Virus record (IMG/VR): IMGVR_UViG_3300013958_000126
Span: 1 to 64,000 of that record
DNA length: 64,000 nucleotides
Strand: one strand, 5' to 3'
Origin: a virus
Below the pieces are notes generated by a model. That model ran no database searches. It was given only the letters and a program-made list of their open reading frames with translations, and had not been told where the DNA came from. The translations under genes were made by a program, and so were the position numbers. Positions within the stretch are counted from its first letter, which is position 1. Each line of letters opens with the position of its first letter. Of this stretch, positions 19,122 through 28,378 are shown in pieces.

Positions 19122-19784
19122 TTAATTTCTATTGATTACATTAATCTGGCAGCTTTCCATTACATCAAGAGCCGCTTTATGCTTTTCCGGTGTTGATCCT
19201 GCGCAGCATGATGCATCAACTGTGATTTTTGCCTCTGGATAATAAGTTTTAATCAAAAGAGCGTTCGTAATAACACAGATATCTGTGCATATGCCAATAA
19301 TTTCAATATCTAATAAAGAACCATCTGTAGTATTAAATATTTCTTCCCAATCCCAGTCATCAAATCCAAAAGTAGATTTACAACATACCATAAAACTATC
19401 GAGATTTTTATAATCAAGTTCATCAACAATTTCCCAACCTTTAGTACCATACATACAATGTTCAGGAAGTTTTCTGCCCTCTGAAGTATCTGCGTAATCT
19501 GAATGATGAGTATCCTTTGTAAGAATTACATTGTTCTTATTATTCTTATATTCATCAAATTTCTTTTTCACATTTGGTACAATAGCTTGTGCTTCCGGTG
19601 TTCCAAGAACTCCTGTCACAAAATCATTCTGCACATCAATTACAATCAGAACTTTCTTCTTCTCTTTTTTCATTTTTATTCTCCCATTCTTTAATTTGCT
19701 GTGCTCCATCTTCAACTTGCTGCTTATCATGTCTTGAATAGTTATCTGCTGGACCATAAGCACCTTTATGTCGATATGAGGCAT
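19122..19784 (-). CDS. Isochorismatase-family hydrolase (nicotinamidase PncA-like); true start probably internal Met (MKKEKKK, ~19673)
   Basis: VLIVIDVQNDF, catalytic Cys context GICTDICV. Confidence 0.6.
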   Translation of the reverse strand: MPHIDIKVLMVQQITIQDMISSKLKMEHSKLKNGRIKMKKEKKKVLIVIDVQNDFVTGVLGTPEAQAIVPNVKKKFDEYKNNKNNVILTKDTHHSDYADTSEGRKLPEHCMYGTKGWEIVDELDYKNLDSFMVCCKSTFGFDDWDWEEIFNTTDGSLLDIEIIGICTDICVITNALLIKTYYPEAKITVDASCCAGSTPEKHKAALDVMESCQINVINRN

Positions 19785-19995
19785 GTCCTTTCCGAGTATT
19801 AGTTTTTACTGCAGTTCCACCCATGCCAAGTCGTCCACTGTGTCCTTTATGTAACATCCCCCTCTTTAAAATCAGGATCGTTCAAAGTTTTATATCCATG
19901 ATACATAAGTTCTCGTTGACTTATTAATTTTTTTCTACGTTCAATATTTCGTAGTCTTTGCTTTCTCAAATACCCTCTGTTACGTTCCGGCATTA

Positions 19996-20454
19996 CTATT
20001 CCTCCAGTCTATACAAAATAATTGGTCCACCTTCAATATAGAACGTCGCATTGTAATCTATAAATTCTCTAGCCTCATCTTCTGTCATATCCTCATGGTT
20101 AACTAAAGATTCAACCATTTTTTCGTAATCATATATTGCTCTATCATCAGAAGAAACACCAAGAAACGCATCTTCATAAGATGGATTTGTAAAGAATATC
20201 GTTCCCTCGTACCCGGCCTCTAACAATAACCGTTCTGTTTTTGATACTTGGTCTTCATATATATTATCTGCATGTGCTTCAATGTCATCATGTAACGTCT
20301 CTTCTGGGTAATCTATAAGAGAATCCATAATATAAGAAGAAGTAATCATATTTAAAGCTTTCTCTTCTGAAATTTGATATTTTCTTTGTAATACATCTTG
20401 CAATCCTTCAATGTAACCCTTAACACTTTCTGTAAGTTCTGACATATCTACCAT
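19996..20454 (-). CDS. Hypothetical acidic protein
   Basis: 152-aa ORF. Confidence 0.45.
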   Translation of the reverse strand: MVDMSELTESVKGYIEGLQDVLQRKYQISEEKALNMITSSYIMDSLIDYPEETLHDDIEAHADNIYEDQVSKTERLLLEAGYEGTIFFTNPSYEDAFLGVSSDDRAIYDYEKMVESLVNHEDMTEDEAREFIDYNATFYIEGGPIILYRLEE

Positions 20455-21206
20455 TATGCGATCCTCACAATCTGTTCATATAGAACTATATCTTTTATTG
20501 TTATTGCTTTATTGTCGTGGTAATGTCCACACAACCAACGCTTATAATCAACATTGCACCTTATTTCTTCCAGATAATTTGTTAACTTATCCGGCTTATA
20601 TAATCCATGTGATAATAATGCTGCTGTAGAAGAAGCTGTACAATGTGTCAGGATAAAATCTACTTTATTATCATGTTCTGCCAGATTCTTTATACCCTCA
20701 TCCATCTCTTTTTCATCTGGCATTTCTCGCTCCCACCATGAAATGTGATTAATTCGGTACATTTTATCCGGATCATCCCTCCATTCTTTTACTCTTGGAT
20801 CGTCAATCTCTAATACTCCATCTGAAATATCATGACTTGAAGCCCCTCCAAAGGTAAAGAATGTTAAATCGTCTATCTCAAACACCTGTCCTCTCATAAG
20901 ATGAATTACTGATGGTTTAATAAAATGTACCTTACCTCCATGCCATTCTTCTACCGGATAAGAATCTAATATATCGTAATTCTCATGATTTCCGTCAATA
21001 AAGAGTGTTGTGAAATGTTTCTCTTCAAGCCAATTCAGGTACCACCTTTGCTGCGGTGAATCTCTCCATATCCCAAAATCTCCAAGAATTATCACATAAT
21101 CGTCCTTCGACATCTCACGCTGTTCGGGAAAAGAATCCATATTAACTCTATGGATCCAATCCCCATGCGTATCTCCAGTTACCCAAATCATGTCCGTGAT
21201 CCCCAA
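20454..21206 (-). CDS. Calcineurin-like metallophosphoesterase
   Basis: 250 aa; GDTHGD ... GDFGIWRD ... GNHEN metal-binding motifs. Confidence 0.7.
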   Translation of the reverse strand: MGITDMIWVTGDTHGDWIHRVNMDSFPEQREMSKDDYVIILGDFGIWRDSPQQRWYLNWLEEKHFTTLFIDGNHENYDILDSYPVEEWHGGKVHFIKPSVIHLMRGQVFEIDDLTFFTFGGASSHDISDGVLEIDDPRVKEWRDDPDKMYRINHISWWEREMPDEKEMDEGIKNLAEHDNKVDFILTHCTASSTAALLSHGLYKPDKLTNYLEEIRCNVDYKRWLCGHYHDNKAITIKDIVLYEQIVRIA

Positions 21207-21345
21207 ATGAAGTAGTTAACACTTAAAATAAATAATGATATTGCAGAAGGCCAATAACCATCCGGAACAACATTATTCATAACAACGCTCATGCATATCA
21301 CACTGATAATGAAAAACACAATATTTTTTAATATCGTTTTAATCA

Positions 21346-21822
21346 TTATTTCGTTAACTCCTTATACTGATCAAGCAAGGCCGCCAGTTCTGGATTCTCA
21401 GCCGCATACATTTCATATTTCTTTGTTACATCCATCTGCTTAATAACTGCATCCATATCTTTTTTAAGCTTCTCAGCTTTCTTTCTATTTTCAACACGCT
21501 GGTCATATGCAGATGTATCAACTCTACAGATAATTTCTGCAGTAATATTCTTGGCGCATTTTACTTCTGCTTCCGACACAGTTAAAATTTCTTTAATTGT
21601 CAGAACATCTTTGTTACAACCACTTACTAAAACCTGGTCTCCGGCTTTATATGTATTACCGTCATCAAAAACTGCATAATAATAGTCTTTTTTACAACAA
21701 CAAGTTACTTCTTCAATTACTGCTACTGCATAATACCCTGTTAATTTTGCCATTTGTTCATTCTCCTCTTCTGATTTAATTATATTTAATAAATAACCTT
21801 CATACGTTTTAAACTTAACCAT
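21346..21822 (-). CDS. Hypothetical protein
   Basis: 158-aa ORF. Confidence 0.45.
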   Translation of the reverse strand: MVKFKTYEGYLLNIIKSEEENEQMAKLTGYYAVAVIEEVTCCCKKDYYYAVFDDGNTYKAGDQVLVSGCNKDVLTIKEILTVSEAEVKCAKNITAEIICRVDTSAYDQRVENRKKAEKLKKDMDAVIKQMDVTKKYEMYAAENPELAALLDQYKELTK

Positions 21823-22003
21823 ATCTGCTTATTTCCCAAATACTGATTTCAGTAATAAGATTACAAGCCAAATTCCTGTAGCAATCAACCAGCTGAAAGC
21901 GACCCCGAAACATAATGTGATTAATTTTATAATTCCACATGTTACGATCCAACTGAAAGCTAATGCCAATAATGACATAATAATAAGTAACATTCCCCTC
22001 ATA

Positions 22004-22966
22004 TTATTCTCCTTTTACACTTGCTGTTCCTGATGTTAAATCACCTGCATCAACAATTGTTGCAGCATTTCCACCTTGTACCTTCGGCACATCACCATTC
22101 CATTTATCAATTTTCTGTTTCTCAATAAGCTCTGGAGTAAGAGACTCAGCAATTTTCTTATTTGCTTCTGCTTCAGCATCCGCTTTAATTCTTGTTGCTT
22201 CCGCTTTACCTTCAGCAGTGATCTTCGCCTGTTCAGCCTCAATAGCGGCCTTTTCTTTATCCTGTTCTGCTGCAATAAGAGCAACTTCTTTATCTTTATC
22301 TGCCTGTACCTTTGCAGTCTTAGCTTCAATATTTGCAAGTTCCAGTTCCTGCTGTGCATTTACTTTCTTCTGAATAGCTGCCTGAGTTTCATCATCGGTT
22401 GAAATCGAAGTAAAGTTTACAGTATCAATGATAATTCCATATGGCTCAAATTTCTTTTTCAAGTATTTGTCAAGTGCTTCATTCAGTTCCTGGCGTTTAT
22501 CACCAAATACATCTGTTACCGGATACTTAGCAGTTACTTCCTGTGTCCACGCTTTCATCTTTGGTTTAATGAAAGTATTTTTTACACTTTCACCGGACTG
22601 ACCTTTAAATCTTGTAAATACATCAGCAACTTGATCCTGATCGAACTTATAAGAGAATTCCAAATCAACAAGAAGCTGTTTTCCATCAGCAGTAGGTGTT
22701 TTAAAACTCTCATCTTTTGGTGAATCACCTTTATCTTCTGAAGTCAGATAAGACTGTTCAATACCAATTGAATACAGTGATGTTTTTACTGTAGGTGAAA
22801 TCAAATGCCATCCCTGTGGAAGAGTATCATTTGAAATTCCGCCGTTCATCTTGTATTCTACAGCTACATAACCAGCAGGAACTCTTACCGTACACTTTGC
22901 TACACAAATTAATCCTGCTACAATTATTACTGCTAATCCAACCCCACCTAAAAATCCTTTTCTCAT
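22004..22966 (-). CDS. SPFH/Band-7 (stomatin/prohibitin/HflKC-like) membrane protein
   Basis: 320 aa; N-terminal TM helix, SPFH core, long Ala/Glu/Lys coiled-coil tail. Confidence 0.6.
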   Translation of the reverse strand: MRKGFLGGVGLAVIIVAGLICVAKCTVRVPAGYVAVEYKMNGGISNDTLPQGWHLISPTVKTSLYSIGIEQSYLTSEDKGDSPKDESFKTPTADGKQLLVDLEFSYKFDQDQVADVFTRFKGQSGESVKNTFIKPKMKAWTQEVTAKYPVTDVFGDKRQELNEALDKYLKKKFEPYGIIIDTVNFTSISTDDETQAAIQKKVNAQQELELANIEAKTAKVQADKDKEVALIAAEQDKEKAAIEAEQAKITAEGKAEATRIKADAEAEANKKIAESLTPELIEKQKIDKWNGDVPKVQGGNAATIVDAGDLTSGTASVKGE

Positions 22967-22968
22967 TA

Positions 22969-23130
22969 CTCATTCTCCTTATCTTTTTCTTTATTTTCTT
23001 CTCTGTTTATTTCATCTGCTGCATCTTTCCAGATCCTATGTAAGAATCTACCAAATGGATAAAACAATGCAGATAATAGAAACCATAAAATTACTGCTCC
23101 AACTAATACTAAAAATATAAATACCGGATT
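22969..23130 (-). CDS. Small membrane protein immediately upstream of SPFH gene (not in ORF track, <60 aa)
   Basis: Read manually: MNPVFIFLVLVGAVILWFLLSALFYPFGRFLHRIWKDAADEINREENKEKDKE*. Confidence 0.3.
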
Positions 23131-23188
23131 CATATAATTCTCCTTACTACGGTATGCGTGTTCTTACGCATACCGTATAATTAAATTA

Positions 23189-24169
23189 TCATTTATTATT
23201 CTGCTGAGTCTGACCGTTCAGAATTTTAACTCCACCGGTAGATTCTACAGTCTTAGCAGCAAGTTCTCTCATCTGAGCATATGCATCGTCAAGTTTCTGC
23301 TGTAATTCAACTTTTTCTGCTCTCGCATTAGCCAGATCCTCTGTAAGTCTTTCATTTTTATCTTCCAGAAGCTGTTTCTGATATTCAGCATCTTTCTTAA
23401 GTGCTCTGACCTCAAACGCATTTGATTTATCAGCATCGGCTCTACCTTTTTTAATACCTTCCTCTGTTGCTGCTGCAATCAATGTCGGAATCTCTTCTAC
23501 TTTTGCTTCTAATTCCTTTACATGATCAGCTTTTGCATTCAGTTCTGTTTCTTTCTCAAGAGCCGCTGTTTCTCTAAGTTCCAAAATCTTTTCTCTAGCA
23601 GCTTTCTCATCTTCCCACTTATCATTTTCAGCTTTACGACTACGTTTCAGATTATAGGTATATTCATCTTCCTCACGGCTACGAGTTAATTTAATTTCAT
23701 TTTCTCTTGCTTTAGCTTCTGCATTGATAGAATCAATAATTTCCTGTTTCTGCTGCTTCAGTGCCTCAATTTCAGCTTTCAGTGTATCTTTTTTCTCACC
23801 CAATTCAGCTTCAATCTCTGCTTCTTTCGCTGCCTGAGCCTCTTTTAACTCTTCATTTTTCTCTTTATAAGCATTGATCATAGCTGCCATAGCATTTGCT
23901 TTTGTCTCAATGCCATATAATTCATCTAACTCAAGCTGTTTAATTTCAATAGCTTCTGTAAGATCATTGTATTTCTTGATAATCTCTGGATTAAAGATAT
24001 CCTCTTTTGCTGTTGCATCTGCAGATTCGATAACTTCTACCTTTTTAGCCTTCGCTGCTTCTTTTGCAGGATCATCAATCATTCGGTCTCTTGTATCAAG
24101 TTTCTCCACCGCTGCCTTATACGCTTCCATAATTTCTGCCTTTGTTGATTTCATTGTAATTTCTGCCAT
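23189..24169 (-). CDS. Ala/Glu/Lys-rich coiled-coil protein
   Basis: 326 aa; SD AAAGGAGAA 9 nt before ATG; composition typical of PspA/flotillin-associated coiled coils. Confidence 0.5.
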   Translation of the reverse strand: MAEITMKSTKAEIMEAYKAAVEKLDTRDRMIDDPAKEAAKAKKVEVIESADATAKEDIFNPEIIKKYNDLTEAIEIKQLELDELYGIETKANAMAAMINAYKEKNEELKEAQAAKEAEIEAELGEKKDTLKAEIEALKQQKQEIIDSINAEAKARENEIKLTRSREEDEYTYNLKRSRKAENDKWEDEKAAREKILELRETAALEKETELNAKADHVKELEAKVEEIPTLIAAATEEGIKKGRADADKSNAFEVRALKKDAEYQKQLLEDKNERLTEDLANARAEKVELQQKLDDAYAQMRELAAKTVESTGGVKILNGQTQQNNK

Positions 24170-24200
24170 GTTTTTAGTTCTCCTTTTTCTCCGTGTTTTG

Positions 24201-24216
24201 TTTAATTAAATTTTTA
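24201..24216 (-). promoter_or_regulatory. Instance of recurrent AT-rich motif (sense strand AAAAATTTAATTAAAC), ~33 nt upstream of start codon of 23189-24169
   Basis: One of ~19 near-identical copies; see findings. Confidence 0.4.
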
Positions 24217-24237
24217 TATCAAAGCTTTAATAGCTTA

Positions 24238-24765
24238 TCAATCATTATTAATGTCATCTTTATACAGAACGATCTTTTTCTCTTCGAGTGATCTCTGCAC
24301 ATCAATTACTCTTTGATTAGTTGATCCAGCCCAATGATAATTTACATCTGCCAAATCTTTCTTAAACATACCGTCTACAATTACATTTGTATTCAACAAA
24401 ATATCTGTTAAAATAGGAAATGCTTCTTCTATAATTTCATTCCAAGTGTATCCAGTATAAATCCAAATAGATTTAGAATTACCATATCTTGATTTAATTT
24501 TACTTATTAAATTACAAACTTCAACTCTGTTATTTTCATTTAACGGATCCCCTCCAGAAAAAGTAATTCCAGAAATATAATCATTATCAAGCTGTTTAAA
24601 AATCTCTTCTATTGCTGTATTATCAAATGGAATTCCAGATTTGGTGTCCCATGTTTCCGGGTTTTGACAGCCATTGCAATAATGATCACAACCGGAAACA
24701 AAAAGGGTGACTCTTAATCCTGGCCCATTGTTCATGTCGTCATGTTTAATATCGTGATAATTCAT
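24238..24765 (-). CDS. nrdG: Anaerobic ribonucleoside-triphosphate reductase activating protein (radical SAM)
   Basis: 175 aa; radical-SAM CDHYCNGCQN cluster, NrdG size and position next to nrdD. Confidence 0.8.
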   Translation of the reverse strand: MNYHDIKHDDMNNGPGLRVTLFVSGCDHYCNGCQNPETWDTKSGIPFDNTAIEEIFKQLDNDYISGITFSGGDPLNENNRVEVCNLISKIKSRYGNSKSIWIYTGYTWNEIIEEAFPILTDILLNTNVIVDGMFKKDLADVNYHWAGSTNQRVIDVQRSLEEKKIVLYKDDINND

Positions 24766-24771
24766 TACATT

Positions 24772-25488
24772 TTAACTCGCTTTCTTAATTTCTTTAGGAT
24801 GAGAAACATAATATAATTCCATACGTAGTCTATAAGGTAATTCCATTTTATATTTCAAATATAATTTTTGCATATATTCAACATCATGTCTTTTATAATT
24901 AATTGCAGTATTTATTTCTTTAGGTAGAAAACAGCACGTTGCAGGCGAATATATTTTATTACCTTCATATAAGAAATCTTTATCAAGTTCTAATGGATAA
25001 TTACATTCATATATATTATGGTTATACCATTCAGCAAAAATTTGAAAATTTTGAAATGGTTCTGCTACAGTACATCCTATATATGAGGGTTGTCTTTCAT
25101 GATATTTATCATCATAACAACGAACAAACATGCTAATCCATTTGATATATTCTTCTGTTTTTATATTATTATTTCTAGCGGTATAATTACCAACTCCATA
25201 ATATCCTATATTATATACAGACCTTTTATATGGATTTTTTATCTGACCATTTTTGATATTTTGTAAAGTTGTCCAAATAGTAACATCTGGATTATCATTA
25301 AATTTTATTAAAATTTCATGTCTTCCAATATAATCTAAAATGGTAATTTTATATCCTTCGTTAGTAGTATATTCTCGTCCAATATATTCTCGAAAATCTT
25401 TTGTTATATTACATCGATCTCCTCTCTGCAATTTCAGCCATTTTCGCTTTATTATATCTTGTATCACCGTGAACACGAGTATAACCAA
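24772..25488 (-). CDS. Hypothetical protein between nrdD and nrdG (possible free-standing homing-endonuclease-like insert)
   Basis: 238 aa; N-terminus overlaps nrdD 3' end by 80 nt; Tyr/Asn-rich, no clear catalytic motif. Confidence 0.35.
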   Translation of the reverse strand: MVILVFTVIQDIIKRKWLKLQRGDRCNITKDFREYIGREYTTNEGYKITILDYIGRHEILIKFNDNPDVTIWTTLQNIKNGQIKNPYKRSVYNIGYYGVGNYTARNNNIKTEEYIKWISMFVRCYDDKYHERQPSYIGCTVAEPFQNFQIFAEWYNHNIYECNYPLELDKDFLYEGNKIYSPATCCFLPKEINTAINYKRHDVEYMQKLYLKYKMELPYRLRMELYYVSHPKEIKKAS

Positions 25489-27586
25489 TATATCCGTTCA
25501 TGCGATCTATCTTTGTAATGTCTTCGCTGCCACATTTAGGACACATATCCATATTTAATTCTTCATAGCCACAATGTTCACAATAAGATAACGCCAAATT
25601 GACACCTTCGTAATATCCCATCTTCATTGCTCTTCTGATTAAAGTAACAACAGCTTCACGATTGTAATTGATCGGATAACGTACATACTGGATTTTGCCG
25701 CCATTAAACAGATTCCAAAATCTATTTTCCAGATCTTGTTTCTGAATTGGTGTAATATCTTCAGTTACATGGCAGTGGAAACTGTTGCTCACATATTCTC
25801 TGTCAGAAACCCCTTTCACAATGCCATACATCTTACGGAACTGTTCCACCTGCAGTCCACATAAACTCTCTGCTGGTGTTCCATAAATCGCATATAATAA
25901 TCCGTCCTCATGTTTAAATTGAGTAATCTTTTTATTAATGTATTTCATTACATCTACAGCAAACTTACCATCCTCAACTAATGACTTCTTATTATAAAGT
26001 TCCTGCAATTCATTCAAAGCAGTAATTCCAAATGATAAAGTCATAGGTTTAAGAATTGAACGTATTTTTTCATCTGGTTTTAAATAACCATTAAGGAAGC
26101 CACCCTCGCAATATGCAAGAGGATTTGTACTTGCTTTCATTTCACCAATGTAATCGTATGTACGTTTATGAATATTTCTAATCATCTCAAGATAATAATC
26201 CAATACTTCATAGAAATCTCTACTTTCACGCTGCGCTTTTGCCAAAATCATTGGAAGATGAAGGCTTACAACACCAAGATTGAAACGTCCTTCAAAAATT
26301 GCTTTGTCATTCTCATCCGCCGGTTCCATTCCACCTTTTTCATACCAAGGACTTAAGAATGCGCGACACCCCATTGGACTAACAACCGTACCATATTTTT
26401 TGTACATACTTGGTACATATCCATCCCCTGTTAATGATAACCAGTCTGGATACATTGTCTTCATACTACATTCAATGCCTGCATTAAATACATCTTCATT
26501 AACCTTTCCTTGTCCATGTAAATTCTCATCATATAAAAATACCAATTTGGGGAATAACACAGGTTTCTTATTACCGGCCTTACCTTGGCCTTCTTTATGA
26601 ACATTTAAGAATGTAATAGAAGCCATTTTACCAAATTTTGTGGTTGAGAGACCGAATGTCATTGTTACAAATGGATAATCACCTCTTGATGATCCTACAG
26701 TATTTAACTTATATTCAATTCCCTGCCAGCCCTGTTCAAAATCACGTTTTACTTTATTTGTTGCATATTCACAAGCTTTTTCTTCAATCAAATGTTCTGA
26801 TGTTGAAAAAACATCAACATAAACACCATCAATATCGGAATCAAAAACTTCAAAAAATTCTTTATAATATTTCTGATAACTTTTTTCTGCATATGGTTCC
26901 AAAATCTTGTCTACTTCCGGTACTGTGAATCCGCCATACTGCTGTGCAGCAGTGCTCAGGATAATATCACCCATAACATCAAACGCAGTATCAAGAGAAT
27001 TTGGTTCGTTATACCAGACATTTCCCATTTCGAATCCGCCTTTCATAACTTCTCCAACTCTAAATAAGCAACAGTTAATAGTATCAAGTCTGGCAGACTG
27101 ATCATGAATATAAATATATCCGTCCTTGCATGCCTGTAATTCATCTCTTGTCATGAAGAATTTTCTATACAAGTTTTTGTTCAGTTCATTAAAGATCAGG
27201 CTTCGCTTTGTAGCTACAAGCGCACTGTCTGTATTGGCATTACTCTTATCACCAATATAGCGGATAGCCTGACTCTTGGTGAAAACGTCATCCATCATAT
27301 GAACAAATTCTTTCTTATAATTACGATAATCTTTATAAGATTTTGCAATCTTTGGATTAAATTCATCCAATGCGGATTCTACTGCATTATGTAATTCTTC
27401 TACTGTACATGTGGTATTTTCATCTATATCATCAGCAATAAGCTCGTCCCAAACAAGATCTATAATTCTTTTATAATCATCATTTGTCAACTCGACCATT
27501 ACTCGTGATGCTGACTTATTTACGGCATCAACAATTTTCTGATCGTTAAAAGGTTCAACTGTTAAATCCTTTTTAACTACATTCAT
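25409..27586 (-). CDS. nrdD: Anaerobic ribonucleoside-triphosphate reductase (class III RNR)
   Basis: 725 aa; N-terminal ATP-cone, C-terminal CxxC...CxxC Zn ribbon followed by glycyl-radical region (GYTRVHG). Confidence 0.85.
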   Translation of the reverse strand: MNVVKKDLTVEPFNDQKIVDAVNKSASRVMVELTNDDYKRIIDLVWDELIADDIDENTTCTVEELHNAVESALDEFNPKIAKSYKDYRNYKKEFVHMMDDVFTKSQAIRYIGDKSNANTDSALVATKRSLIFNELNKNLYRKFFMTRDELQACKDGYIYIHDQSARLDTINCCLFRVGEVMKGGFEMGNVWYNEPNSLDTAFDVMGDIILSTAAQQYGGFTVPEVDKILEPYAEKSYQKYYKEFFEVFDSDIDGVYVDVFSTSEHLIEEKACEYATNKVKRDFEQGWQGIEYKLNTVGSSRGDYPFVTMTFGLSTTKFGKMASITFLNVHKEGQGKAGNKKPVLFPKLVFLYDENLHGQGKVNEDVFNAGIECSMKTMYPDWLSLTGDGYVPSMYKKYGTVVSPMGCRAFLSPWYEKGGMEPADENDKAIFEGRFNLGVVSLHLPMILAKAQRESRDFYEVLDYYLEMIRNIHKRTYDYIGEMKASTNPLAYCEGGFLNGYLKPDEKIRSILKPMTLSFGITALNELQELYNKKSLVEDGKFAVDVMKYINKKITQFKHEDGLLYAIYGTPAESLCGLQVEQFRKMYGIVKGVSDREYVSNSFHCHVTEDITPIQKQDLENRFWNLFNGGKIQYVRYPINYNREAVVTLIRRAMKMGYYEGVNLALSYCEHCGYEELNMDMCPKCGSEDITKIDRMNGYIGYTRVHGDTRYNKAKMAEIAERRSM

Positions 27587-28206
27587 AACGATTTCTCCTT
27601 TTCCATTTCACTCTTAAGTAAGTCACATAATGCTTCTGCAGCTTTCGAAAAGCTCATATCATTCACAAATAAGTGGTCATACCCTTCAGCTTCTTCATAT
27701 TTAGTGAATTGTTCATCTTCACTGTTATATCTGGAGTAAAATTCTTCTTCTGATCCATCTCTTTTAAGGAACCTGTCTTTTGCTAATTCAAATGGGGAAG
27801 AAAAATAAATCTCGATAAATTTAAATTCATCTTTGCAATGTTCTTTCAAATACTTTGCTCCGTTCGGATCAATTACATAAATATCGGAATTCACAATTTC
27901 ATTATATGTAGTGCCATATTTAATTCCGTTAATTTCAGTATACGCTACAAAGCCTTCTTTAAATTTAATTTCATCGAATTCACTTTCAGATACAAAATAA
28001 TGATCTTCATATCCTGTTATTTCATCTTTGCGCGGCAGTCTTGTTGTAATGCTTTTTACCTGTCGAAGTCCTAATGTCTCGCATATATATCTTGCAAGTG
28101 ATGATTTACCAGAAGCGGTTCTTCCAATAAATAAAAATACTAACTTCTTATGCATTATTTGTTTCATTCCTTTCCGGTATATATAAGATGTGATGATTTT
28201 CATCAT
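27583..28206 (-). CDS. Guanylate kinase-like P-loop nucleoside monophosphate kinase
   Basis: P-loop GRTASGKSS and Gmk-like TTRLPRKDEITGYEDHYFVSESEF. Confidence 0.65.
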   Translation of the reverse strand: MMKIITSYIYRKGMKQIMHKKLVFLFIGRTASGKSSLARYICETLGLRQVKSITTRLPRKDEITGYEDHYFVSESEFDEIKFKEGFVAYTEINGIKYGTTYNEIVNSDIYVIDPNGAKYLKEHCKDEFKFIEIYFSSPFELAKDRFLKRDGSEEEFYSRYNSEDEQFTKYEEAEGYDHLFVNDMSFSKAAEALCDLLKSEMEKEKSL

Positions 28207-28378
28207 TACACATAATCTTAAAAAGTCTTGTGCTTACATTGCCATCTGAATCAAGAAATCTTTTGCAAGTATCTTTCTTACAGCACTCATTACCATCTTT
28301 CTGGCAAAAATAATAACTATCTTTTTCATTATCGCATCCAACTACAATATTAGTTCCGTTTGCAAAATATACATTCAT
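28148..28378 (-). CDS. Small Cys-rich hypothetical protein
   Basis: 76 aa. Confidence 0.3.
   Translation of the reverse strand: MNVYFANGTNIVVGCDNEKDSYYFCQKDGNECCKKDTCKRFLDSDGNVSTRLFKIMCNDENHHILYIPERNETNNA

Noticed and set aside
19636-19857. 73-aa ORF overlapping the annotated N-terminus of the isochorismatase-like gene
   Set aside because: Probably an artefact of the isochorismatase ORF being called from an upstream in-frame ATG; basic low-complexity sequence, no RBS evident
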